From assembly GCA_051294375.1 (NCBI GenBank), contig CM119264.1, forward strand, positions 30,880,091 to 30,944,090: 64,000 nt of DNA, in the 5' to 3' direction. Positions 1 through 12,900 of the stretch are shown here, one piece after another; position 1 is the stretch's first letter, and each line of letters begins with the position of its first letter. A model generated the notes under the pieces. The model searched no databases and was not told where the DNA came from. It saw only the letters and a program-made list of their open reading frames with translations. The stretch comes from Paraspadella gotoi (lineage: Eukaryota > Animalia > Chaetognatha). The position numbers were made by a program, and so were the translations under genes.

Positions 1-1561
1 TCGCCAACGACACAGAAATCGTCCGCTTCTGAAAATGTCATTCAAAAGATGAGCAGGTTTCAGGTTCGAGGAGTCTCTTTGTATTGGTTTCTTAACAGTC
101 GATTAATTACTAAGAGTGTCACAATAAGAAATATTTGCTGATTTGGATGTAAATGATACTCGAATAGAGATGATAATGATGAAGTGATAGAATAAGCATA
201 TAAGTAACTGAAAGTCATCAAAATTTGTTTGAGGGGAGAAAAGCTGCCTCGCAGCGCCCATCGTAGCGATCATGAAGAGTCGAGAAGTACGAAGAGACAA
301 GTCGCGAGAGAGGAAGAATATCTACATCTAGACGGAATCGGAGAAAGATAAGCGACAAGGGGCAGAAAAGACTATTGAGATGAATTGTGTGTATGGAAGA
401 TGATTATTGTCTCTCGTCGCTCCGCATAAGAATGAGATATATTATAACTAAAATAATTTAAGATACTGGAAGTAGACTCTCTATAGGCGCTGCACGCGGA
501 GTTGAGTATACTAAACATAAAACTTATATTAGGATTATATTAGTAAACTTACAGACATGTTTTACATAAACTGACCATTTTACCACCGTTTCTACCACCG
601 ACCTCTTGCCTCATCCCACGCCCTCTTTACCTTACCCCAACCGACTTCTTCCCCCCAAACCCCTTTCCCTCCCCCCTTCGAGCGAGAACCCCACCGGCTT
701 TTGGTCCCGGGCCACTTGAGGCGAGGAGCCCAAACGCCTCTTTGCCAGCCTCTCTCGAGACCCGAGAGCATACAAACCCCCACCGGCTTTTCCGACGACG
801 GCACGAAAACCCGCCGTATTCCATGCGCCCTACAACGCACCACCCCTGTGTTTCCCCCAACCCCCTTTACTCCTTCCTAGGCGGCGAGATTGGACACCAG
901 AGACCGCAAAATCCTTCTCCACGCCTTCGTCGCCGGCGCCACCCGCGCCGCCATCGCGTGATCGCCTCAAAGTGACGTGGCCCTCGCGTACCATCATTGA
1001 ATCAAATAAGTCGGGCGTCAGTTAATGGCGTCATCGAGAACGGGTGTCAGTTAGATGGGTCATCAGAGGGGTCAGTTAACGGGGTCATCGAGGGGTGTCA
1101 TGTTTAACGGCCGGGAGGGAGCTGCAGAGATTGAGAGATGTCAATGAAGGTGTGGTCATTAATCGAAAAGGGTATTAACGAAATCGGGGTCATATAGATG
1201 GGTGATGGTGCAAGAACGAAGTCAAGTGCGTGTTTGAGAATTTTAAACAAATGTAATTTATTTATTCGCCAACTTATAGTCGAATTCAGGTTAGCTAAAC
1301 TGCTCTAGAAATAGTAAATATGTATTACGAGCGTTAAATAATTATAAAATCGGAATTATCTCAGAATTAAAGACTGCTTTTGAAATCGGTGCACCCACAG
1401 TTGGTTGCTAATGAGGAAGTGAAGTTCCTTGATCGGTGAAAAAATCAATGAGTGAGCGTTGTCAGTGTGAAGAAAAGGTCAAAAAGTTCACAGGGACCAA
1501 AAGTTCACTGGGTTCAAAAAGGTCGAAACGTTTAACTGAAGTTTTTCCTTCTTCGTTTCAG

Positions 1562-4500
1562 ACGCGGAAGAAGTTGAAGCCAAAAAATCGGAGGCGTCGC
1601 TCTACGCAAAGGTAAGGGGGTTGGGTGGGAAAGTGGGTTAGGATGTGGGTTAGGAAAGTGGGTTAAAAGTGTGTGAGGATGTGGCTGAGGAAATGGCCTA
1701 GGAAAGTGGGTTAAAAGTGGGTTAGGATGTGGCTGAGGAAATGGGTTAGGAAAGTGAGAGAAAGCGTTTAAATCATACTATTCTCAACAATACTCATTAT
1801 ATTTGTTATATTAGTTAAATATATTAATCATTATGAATTTACTTTTATTATATCAGAAATTAGAAGAGAGCGAAGATTTATTGGCCGCCATGACGACTTC
1901 TCATCACGAGACTGGCCATTCCGAATCCCACCATTCCGAATCCAAGACTCGCCATTCCGAAAAAACCTCGGATTTGATTCTCAAAATTCCTTTAAAGGAT
2001 TCGGTACAAAATTTTTTCCTAATTTGAATATAAAAAGCAGTTATAAATTTATAAATTTACTATACTTTAGTAACTTAGTTAAATAAACTTTTCCTTTTTT
2101 GTTTGTCATAATCAGGAGGCTTTTCCCTCGCCGGCACTTATGCCCGCAACTCTGGCCAGACCAGTGATTCCTTTGTCCAAAAAAGGTATATATATATATT
2201 ATATAATTATATATATGTTTATAATTATATATGTAGACCCCGGCCTTTAAGCATGTCACCTTCAGTCGTGACTCTGTCTGCGGATTAGAATTGAACCCGT
2301 GTGGCGGTATATTCACACTGCCTCACATCCACCATCCGTCAGCCAAATCCATTGGCTCAGAGGGGGAACACACCATCCCAGGCGTAGTGTTCCATCCACA
2401 GTCCTAACGACTTCCCTCTGCGTTGGCAAAGCGAGACCGTCCTAGGGTAACCGCGCCAGTGACTGGAGGCGTCACTGAGGGTCGGAAGCCCCCAAAGCCA
2501 ACAGTGAGATGCCCCGTCCCAATGGGCATCACAGGCAACCCGGCTGTTGCCATACCCGGTACCTTGTGGTCATGAGCTGATTGCTTTACTCAATGAGCCC
2601 CCGGGTCACGACTGAAGGTATCATGCTTATAGTCGGGGTGAACTTATGTCCTTCTTCAATTCTACATCAATCTTCCCCCCCTCCCCTCCTCCAGAATCGG
2701 CTATGACTTCATCCGCCGCATTTCGATCCGCGTTGGAGGATCTCCTCTCGACCACATCTCCTCCTCAAACTCCTCAAACTCCTCAGCTAACGCCCATCCT
2801 TCCTTCAGCTTTCGAACAGCAACGTTGTCAATAAAGTCGCTTCTCCGATTCTTCAAAAAACGTTCTTCCGGTGAGTTTTAGGGCACTATTGTCAGAAGCA
2901 CGCCCCGCATTTGATAGTTCTTTAAATTTTAATATTATTTTTAATTTGTATATCTTTAATTATTAATAAATATTTCATTAAATGTTATAACTTAATAATT
3001 AACTAATTCATCGATTCTCACCCTTAACATAATAATTTAACCATACCTGAATCATTAATTTAGAATCACAATCCTTATTTTTAATTATTAACGCTAATTT
3101 TAATATTTGAAAAGATTTTAAGTTTATTTAATTGAGAGAGCTGAAATGGCGGTTTTTGAAAGTTAAGGCGAAGACTCGTTTGTTACTTTAGTGGCCAAAT
3201 ATCGGTATATTGTGTAAATTTTTACGTCCAAAGTTTATTTTCCCGTTATTGTACTACAGTATGAAGAAATTGACTCTGTTGTGTCTCTGAATAAGTCTTT
3301 AAACGCATTTTCTTCAGAGAGCTTTTAGAATATTAAATACCCAAATCTAATCCTTTAAAAATTCAAGTTCCTCAATAAAAATAAAATAAAAATATTTTAT
3401 TTTCCTTTTGATTATTTTTTCCCAATCTTTTTGAATTTGTTTTAAAAATTGGTGTCGATTTCTCATATCAAGTTATTCGGTGTGTTTCTTCGGCGTGTAA
3501 GATTTTATGGATCTCGAGCTAATTATTTTTTAACCTACTTAAAATATATTTATAATAAGTCGCTTTTCTATGATTAGCTTAGTCATGGCTGTTAACGCAT
3601 TGTAATCATGTTGAAGTTTTGTATAAAATCAAATTTTCTAAAAAAATATGATCAAACTTACAAAAATTTAGAAATAATGTTTTGTTAAAAAATATAAAAA
3701 ATATTTAAAAAAAAATCATGAATTTAGGGTAAAATAAATGTAGTGCTTAGTAGATATTTATTTTGCAGCCAAGACTAATCTTAATACTTTAGATCATCTC
3801 GTTTCGTTCCTTTGTATCGTAATCCTTAAGGTCTCATTACTATCTCGAGTAACTCCCTCTATTCTTCGTTCCTTATTTCTTCTCCTCCTCTTTAATCCCC
3901 TCCCACCTCAATTCTGATCCCCTCCATCCTTTCCCCAGTCCCGATGCCCGGGCTAATCGGGGAATGAATAGGCGGGGATCAGGTGATGGAAAGGGCGGGG
4001 ATCATCTTCGTGACCGATCCAGCGTCGAGGTGGTGATGGCGTTCGGGGAGCGAGAGGTACAGTTCGCCGAGAATTCGAAGGGTAGTGGGATGTTGCGGGG
4101 ATTGGAGTTCTTTGGCGCCGGGGCGGGCTGTGGGAAGATAGGAGGGGGATGGGGAAAGGGATTGGGAGGGATCAGGGAATTCCTGAGGTGGAGGGGGATA
4201 AAGAGGAGGAGAAGAAATAAGGAACGAAGAATAGAGGGTGTACCTAGGAAGTAAGAGACCTTATAAGGATTACCGCATACCAAAGGAAACGACACACGAG
4301 ACTGATCTAACAGTATTAATTTAGTCTTGGCTTGCCAAATAAATACTGCTACTAAGCATCTACATTTTTTTACCCTAAATTCATGAATTTTTTTTTAAAT
4401 ATTTTTAATATTATTTTTTAACCAAAACATCTATTTCTACATTTTGTAAGTTTGTCATATTTTTTTTTGAAAAAATTGATTTTATAACAAAACATTCAAC

Positions 4501-7500
4501 ATAGATCTACAATAGCGTTAACAAGTCCTATTTGACTAACTAATCATAGATAAAGCGATTATTATAATATATTTTTTAAGTAGGTTAAAAAAAGCTAATT
4601 AGCTCGAGATCCATAAAATCTTACACCGCCAAAAGAAACACACCGACATAACTGATATGAGAAATCGACACCAATTTTTAAAACAAATTCAAAAAGTTGG
4701 GAAAAAATAATCAAAAGGAAAATAAAATATTTTTATTTTATTTTTATTGAGAAACTTGAATTTTAAAAGGATTAGATGGGTATTTAATATTCTAAAGACT
4801 CTGAAGAAAATGGTTTAAAGACTTATCAGAGACACAACAGAGTCAATTTTTCTATGTAGTACAATAACGGGAAAAATAAACTTTGGACGTCAAATTTATC
4901 ACTAACTATAGATACTACCAACTCAAGTAACAAACGAGTCTCTCGCCTTAATCTTTCCAAAAACCGCCCATTTTCAGCTTCTCAATTAATAGAACTTAAA
5001 ATCTTTTAAATATTAAAATTAGCGTTAATAATTAAAAATATAGGATTGTGATTCTAAATTAATGATTCGGTTGATGCAGTTAAATTATTATGATTAAGTG
5101 GTAGAATCGATGAATTAGTTAAATTATTAAGTTATAACATGTTAATGATAATATTATATTAATAATTAAAATATAAAATTACAAAATTAATAATTAAAAT
5201 TTAAGAACATAAATGCGGGGGCGTGCTCTGACAATAGTGCCCTAAAACTCACCGAAGAAGTATTTTGAGCAATCGGAAGAAGCGACTTTATTGACAACGT
5301 TAGCTGTCTCGAAGCTGAAAGTAAGGATAGGGCGTTAGCTGAGGGAGTTTCGGAGTGGCTGAGTCTTGAGGAGGAAGATGTGGTCTGCGAGGAGATCTCC
5401 AACGCGGAATCGAATGCGGCGGAATGAATGTCATCAGCGATTCTGGAGGTAGGGTGATGAGTGGCGGGAAGATTGATGTAAATTGTAAGAGGCACATAAG
5501 TTCACACCCGACCTATAAGCATCGATAGCCTTCAGTCGCTGTGACCCCGGTGGCGTCCTCACTGAGTTTAAAGCAATGCCAGCTCCACGAACCCAACTCA
5601 GCGGTACCGGGATGAGCATACAGCCCGGGTTGCTGTTTGCCTTGGGACGCTGGGCACTCTGTCCCCTGTTTGGCTTTGGGGGCTTCCAGACCCTCCAGTG
5701 TGAACCGCTCCAGTCACTGGCGCGGTTACCCTAGGACGGTCTTCGCTTTGCCACACCGCAGAGAAGTCGTTAGGACTGTGGACTGGAACACTCCGCTTGG
5801 GATGGTGATGTGTTTCCCCCTCGCTGAGCCAATGGGCATTTGGTCTGAATCGGTATCGCGTGCGAATTGTGATGGCAGTGTTTTGTGACCTACTACCCGC
5901 CAACGGGATTCAATTTCTAACTCGCAGACAGCATGTCACGACTGACGGTGCACATGCTTATAAGGCCGGTGGTTCTTACATTACTATCAATATATATTCA
6001 AACCATACCTATATATTATTCTGCATAATCGAACTATCCTTCATCATACCGTTTCTTTGGTGGTACAACGTAGGACTCATCTACTGGTGCCAGCACGTGG
6101 GGCATAAGTGCCGAGCCGAGGGAAAAGCCTCCCTGATTCTATGACACCACAAAAAAACGGTAGATCAACACTTTCAATTATACACGCCTAAGTTACTAAA
6201 GTATCAGATAAAATATAAATGCTATAACTGGACTTCTTTATATAATCATTAGGAAAAATTTTTGTACGATCCTTATTAAAGAGAAATTTTGCAGAATTCC
6301 AAAATCCGAACAAGGATTTTTTCGGAAATGCGAAGTATTGGATTCCGGGAGTATGGTGGAGATTCGGAAATGGCCAGTCTCGTTGCAATTTGAGAAGTCT
6401 ACATTGGCGGCCAATAATCTTCCTCATCTATCTAAATATTTCTGATATATAAATAAAGTAAATCAATAATGATTAATATAATAATATATAAATAATTAAC
6501 TAAATATAATGNNNNNNNNNNNNNNNNNNNNNNNNNCTGATCCCCGCCTTTCCCCATCCCCTTAGCCCGGCATCGTTTCCCGATTCCCCGACCCCTCGGT
6601 TCCTTTGTTCCATTGATTCCGACGCAATGACCATTTCTTTGACCCAAGTGGTCGAGGATCTGCGGAATCCCGGTCGAGTCCTTGGCGCCGCAAATGACCA
6701 CCTTGGCGCCGGGGACCGATTCCTCGGCGTGGAGGAGGACGATGTAAGGAATATGTGAAATTATTAAAAAAGGGAATTTCGAAAGGGCATAATATTAATG
6801 GGCATTTTTTTAAAATTTTTATTTTCGTATTTTCGTGACAACGATTCATGGAATGATAATAATGATAATCCGATTATTATTTTAATGAGTCGCACACACG
6901 TCACCTGTAACCTCGAGAAAAATTATGAATATTTTTAATTATTTTTGTTAATTATACTATGAAATATTTACCCGCTAATCAAACCACATTTTTAATTATA
7001 TATTAACAGTATCAAAACTTTTAAGGTCATAAAAAAATAAACTATCATATTCGATCAAATTACGGCAATATGCAAATGAGATTAATGAACTCAAAGGTAA
7101 TAGGGCACGTTGAATGTTCTTCGATTGACGATTCGGGGGGGAGGGGGTCGAATTTAGGAGCGACGAAAACCGACTTTTCTTGTCGATTTCACGCCTAATG
7201 TTTTGCCTTCGATTTCATCCTTAATGTTTTACCATATTTTGTCTTCTCAGGTCGAGAAGACGGCGACGACGACGACGAAGACGAACTCGGCCACAATGGA
7301 ATCAGGATCCGGTGAGGAATTAAGCTTGATTCTTTCTGATTCTTTTTCATTCGTCATAAATGAGGGAGAAATTCCATTGAGCAGGGTGGGGGGGGGTAAA
7401 TGCATGTGGATTTTATGGATCGGTCCGTCGTTGGAATAGGGAGCATTGCCCAGGTTTACCCCTCAAATAGACATCGTTCCTCCAGTCGTGACCAGCTGCC

Positions 7501-9456
7501 TCGTTGGATAAAATCCATCAGCTCATGAGCACTACGTACCGGGTTCAATCCCATTTGAGAACCTGCCCTGCTGGAAGCATAAGGACCGCCGTAAACCGCT
7601 TTGTGAGGGAGCCTTAGAAAAACCTCAAGCCTGGTTCCAATCCCAGGACTCGTTACATGGCTGCCAGTTAGGAATAGCCATCTCCAGCCCACTTAGGCTT
7701 AGCTCTAATCTTAGCTCTAATCTTAGCTCTAATCTACAGCCCACTTATACTACGCGTCTTCTTTACAGAGTCCATTAGACCAATTCATGTCTTTTGGAGC
7801 TCAGTCCCCGAACTACAATGCTACACGCTTAAATTGACACAATTTCTTTTTCTTTTGTCAGTTATTAAGTAAATTTTTCTTGCTTACCTTACGTGGGGGC
7901 ACAGTGGCCTATTGTCTGTTCGATATAGCTGACCCACGAGCCTAGTTTCACATTGGGATCCGCTTAAAAAGAATGAATTTTAATCTCTTAAAGAGACATT
8001 TTTTCCCATGAACTTATTCTATTGTTCTATTTCCATTAACAAATGGAGACAATGGCGGTTTCTTTCCGCTTTTTTTTCACCAACAAAATTCCATCCATTT
8101 TGATCATTTCTCTGATATTTTTTTTCGACAACCATTTTGCTCCTATCCTTCTTATCTCCTTCTTTCCTTATACTATGCTTCTTTCCTCCTTCTATCCTCC
8201 CTCTCTCCTCCCTTTCTCCTCCTTCTATCCTCCCTCTCTCCTCCTTCTATCCGGAGGAAAGATAGCATAAATAGGATAAGAGGAGCTAACGACGAGGAGT
8301 AAGACGAGGGAGAGCTAGAAGTGGAGGAGAGAGGGTGAGGATAGAAGGAAGAGAGCAGGTGGACGAATAGAAGGAGGAGAGGCGAGGATACCGAATGGTG
8401 AGAGAAACAGGGAGGAGAGATGGAGAGGATAGAAGGTATGGAGAAAGGGAGGATAAGAAGGTAGGAAAGGGGACGAGAGGAAGCGATAAGAAAGGAGAAG
8501 AGAGGGAGGAAAGAAGCATAGCATACAGGACNNNNNNNNNNNNNNNNNNNNNNNNNCCTCCCTCTCTCCTCCTTCTATCCTCCCTCTCTTCTCCCTCTCT
8601 TCTCCTTCTATCCTTATTTTATGCTTCTTTCCTCCCTCTCTTCTCCTTCAATCCACCCTCTCTCCTACTCTCTACTACTACAGTAATCCATCTCTTTAAC
8701 CATCTTCAACCTATAAACCGACCTATCTGAAATCCATCTCGTTAACCATCTGCAATCTATATCCCGACCTATCTACAATCCATCTCGTTAACCATCTGCA
8801 CCACATCTTTTCAATCATCTGCAGGTTTTTTCCTCGCCCCCGAATTCGAGACGCAAGCGATGGTAAAGCCGCCAACGCCTCCACGAACCACGCCCCCTTC
8901 GGCGACGCCTCCACGAGCCACGCCCCCGAGATCGTCGTCGCCTCGGCCACCGAAAGCGGATCCTTCCCGGGCGCGATCGCCTCGGCAACATTCGCCCACA
9001 ACGGCGAGAGTATGTATAAATATAAGTACTATTATAAGTAATTGAGTATAAAAATAGATTCTTTGGACTCATCGTGTGGCTTTTATTCTGTGATCACGCG
9101 AGGCTCTCTCTCTCTCTCTNNNNNNNNNNNNNNNNNNNNNNNNNNNNNNNNNNNNNNNNNNNNNNNNNNNNNNNNNNNNNNNNNNNNNNNNNNNNNNNNN
9201 NNNNNNNNNNNNNNNNNNNNNNNNNNNNNNNNNNNNNNNNNNNNNNNNNNNNNNNNNNNNNNNNNNNNNNNNNNNNNNNNNNNNNNNNNNNNNNNNNNNN
9301 NNNNNNNNNNNNNNNNNNNNNNNNNNNNNNNNNNNNNNNNNNNNNNNTCTCTCTCTCTCTCCCGCGGGGCTGTAATCCCGTGATGCTGGTTTTGCTTGGG
9401 TCTTTGGGGTCGAATCCGCCTCATGGAATTTTTAAACAAATGATACGAAAGATTAT

Positions 9457-9511
<55 letters not shown>

Positions 9512-9893
9512 GTCTCCTCTTAAGCGCAGCGCGAACTCCATCACCCGACTTTAGCGCTTCAACTGGATCGTCGTTCGCTGCGGTCGTCTCCGCAGCCGCA
9601 GCACCGCTCCCAAGCGCCGCTCCAGCCGCAGCCACGGCACCGCTCCCCAGCGCCGCTCCATTTCCCAGCACTGCACCTCTTCCTAGCGCTGCGCCAATCC
9701 TTAGCGCCGCTCCTCTTTACGGCGCTGCTCCACTCCCCGGAACTGCAACTGTCCACGGCGCTGCTCCACTCCCCAGCGCTGCTCCACTCCCCAGCGCCGC
9801 TCCACTCCCCAGCGCCGCTCCACTCCCTTCTGCCTCACCCGCGGCGAAATCAAAATTGAGTCTGAAATTGAATTTGAAACAAAAGACGGAAGA

Positions 9894-9925
<32 letters not shown>

Positions 9926-12900
9926 TATCGACGCCGTCTAGTGACATAATCAGTAAGTTTTATCGATGATAGGGTCTGTGTCATTGATGTCGTTTGTGAC
10001 ATTGGTTACTTCCATTTTTGTGTCATTACTGTATTTTATCTTTTGCCATTTGTGGCTTTTTTTCATTTGTGTCTTTTGTCATTTCATTTTTTTGTTCTTT
10101 TCATGTCATTTGTGAATCCCGGGTCATTTATTTTGTGAGTTTTTTATGTATGTATGTTTGTATGTATGTATTTAGGAAAGCGATTTGGGAAACAATGTTT
10201 ACGAATTTAGTCAGAATTTAATTAAACGTCGCTNNNNNNNNNNNNNNNNNNNNNNNNNNNNNNNNNNNNNNNNNNNNNNNNNNNNNNNNNNNNNNNNNNN
10301 NNNNNNNNNNNNNNNNNNNNNNNNNNNNNNNNNNNNNNNNNNNNNNNNNNNNNNNNNNNNNNNNNNNNNNNNNNNNNNNNNNNNNNNNNNNNNNNNNNNN
10401 NNNNNNNNNNNNNNNNNNNNNNNNNNNNNNNNNNNNNNNNNNNNNNNNNNNNNNNNNNNNNNNNNNNNNNNNNNNNNNNNNNNNNNNNNNNNNNNNNNNN
10501 NNNNNNNNNNNNNNNNNNNNNNNNNNNNNNNNNNNNNNNNNNNNNNNNNNNNNNNNNNNNNNNNNNNNNNNNNNNNNNNNNNNNNNNNNNNNNNNNNNNN
10601 NNNNNNNNNNNNNNNNNNNNNNNNNNNNNNNNNNNNNNNNNNNNNNNNNNNNNNNNNNNNNNNNNNNNNNNNNNNNNNNNNNNNNNNNNNNNNNNNNNNN
10701 NNNNNNNNNNNNNNNNNNNNNNNNNNNNNNNNNNNNNNNNNNNNNNNNNNNNNNNNNNNNNNNNNNNNNNNNNNNNNNNNNNNNNNNNNNNNNNNNNNNN
10801 NNNNNNNNNNNNNNNNNNNNNNNNNNNNNNNNNNNNNNNNNNNNNNNNNNNNNNNNNNNNNNNNNNNNNNNNNNNNNNNNNNNNNNNNNNNNNNNNNNNN
10901 NNNNNNNNNNNNNNNNNNNNNNNNNNNNNNNNNNNNNNNNNNNNNNNNNNNNNNNNNNNNNNNNNNNNNNNNNNNNNNNNNNNNNNNNNNNNNNNNNNNN
11001 NNNNNNNNNNNNNNNNNNNNNNNNNNNNNNNNNNNNNNNNNNNNNNNNNNNNNNNNNNNNNCCCAGGCGATCTCTCAACGCCGGCCGTCGCGGAATTCCT
11101 CGGCCTCTCTCCTTCGGACGAGCCGCTTGATCTCGACTTGAAGGATCTCGAGTCTTGGCTCATGACCGACCCTTTGGAAGGGCTCAGGGTCAAGCAGGTT
11201 GGGGTCAGTGGGTCAATGAGGGAGGGGCGAAAAGGGTCAGAAAAGGTCTGGGACTAATATACTATATGGAGGCCTTAAACCACCAAAGCCTGTCCAAAGT
11301 CAGGGGCAAGATAGCTTATTTATTAAATGAATGGATAATTTTTATATTGGTTGTACCAATTTCATATAAATATATATATATTGTCAAGCGTTAACGATGA
11401 AAGCTCATAATGTAGATCAGCAGTTCCTTCGCTTAGGGTTCAGGATCTGCCCACGGACTGGAATCCCGGACCTTAAAGTTGTAAAAGCGAATGTTTCGCC
11501 TTAAGGTCTAACAGTCGCTTGATTTAACGCCACCACAACGTAGTACTTAGTCCTTTTACACGACTGTATATAGAAACAATATACCACTTCGTTGATAAGC
11601 CAATGTACTTTGGCATTTAACAAACTAGACTGTGAATTGTGTGAGAGCGTATTGATTGAAAGCTTATCTTGTTAGCGTGCTAAAAGCCTTAAACCAGCTA
11701 AGCCTGTCCAAAGTCAGCTCATTTATGAAATGAATGGATTATTATAATATTTGTTATACCAATTTATAAGAATCTCGTGGGCTTACTATCTCTACTATCT
11801 CTACTATCTCTACACTCTTAGTTAATTGCCTTTCGATTACGTAAACTCTAGTTAATATTAATGGACTAAATGTTTTAATATTTTTCAGTCCGACGCCGAC
11901 GGCGGGAAAAAGGCTTCCGGTTGCGACGACGACGACGACGACNNNNNNNNNNNNNNNNNNNNNNNNNNNNNNNNNNNNNNNNNNNNNNNNNNNNNNNNNN
12001 NNNNNNNNNNNNNNNNNNNNNNNNNNNNNNNNNNNNNNNNNNNNNNNNNNNNNNNNNNNNNNNNNNNNNNNNNNNNNNNNNNNNNNNNNNNNNNNNNNNN
12101 NNNNNNNNNNNNNNNNNNNNGAGAGAGAGAGAGAGAGACACAAAGGAAATAATAAGCAAAAAAAAAATATTAATTTTTTTTTTATCGATGACTCGATTTT
12201 TTAAAATCCATCTAATCAACTCATCTAATCTAATTTCTGTATTAATCTAATCTTCTAATCTAATCGAATCCAACTTTAATCTTCTTCCCAGAATCGAAAA
12301 GTTCTTTGCGATCGAACATTTCCGATATTTTTGATTCGTCTAAAGAGAATCTCGTTGACTGCGATGGGTAAGTTATTACTTTGTCCTCAAGTTGAACTTA
12401 GCAAAATTATTTTGAACCAAACCCTACATTGCACTTACCCTCTCCAGTCCTTCAGCAACTTCGTCTCCGCACGACAAAGTCGTTATGCGTCGCGTGGAAT
12501 CGGAAAAGAACCGACCTCGGCACAAGACTTGCCCTTTGCCGCAAGGTGAGTCAATCTGTCGCAAGACTGGCCCTTTACCGCAAGGTGAGTCATCTTACGC
12601 AAGACTTGCCCTTTGCCGCAAGGTGAGTCAATCTTCCGCCAGAGAAGTCCCTCTGCCGCAAGGTGAGTCCCCATTTTTCAAAGAGTGATTCGATATATTC
12701 AGGTTAGTGTAAAAGTACTTAGTAGTAGTCACATTTTCCACCTCCCTCTTTCCGGTCCTCCCCCTAACACATTTTCCACCTCTCTTTCCGGTTCTCCCCT
12801 AACACATTTTCCACCTCCCTCTTTCCGGTTCTCCCCCTAACACATTTTCCACCTCCCTCTTTCCCAACCACTTTGTCTACCGGAAAAAAAATTAATCGAA

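Noticed and set aside
1625-1755. TTAGG telomere-like repeats
   Set aside because: TTAGG is embedded in a 12-14 bp GTGGGTTAGGAAA minisatellite next to a donor, not a pure telomeric array.
7490-7560. Functional tRNA-Met gene
   Set aside because: Acceptor and anticodon stems do not pair, and the sequence continues into shared repeat body, so it is treated as a SINE head.
9042-12250. Long ORFs in the ORF track spanning N runs, and ER/SL-repeat ORFs elsewhere
   Set aside because: Artefacts of gaps and (GA)n/(CT)n microsatellites.
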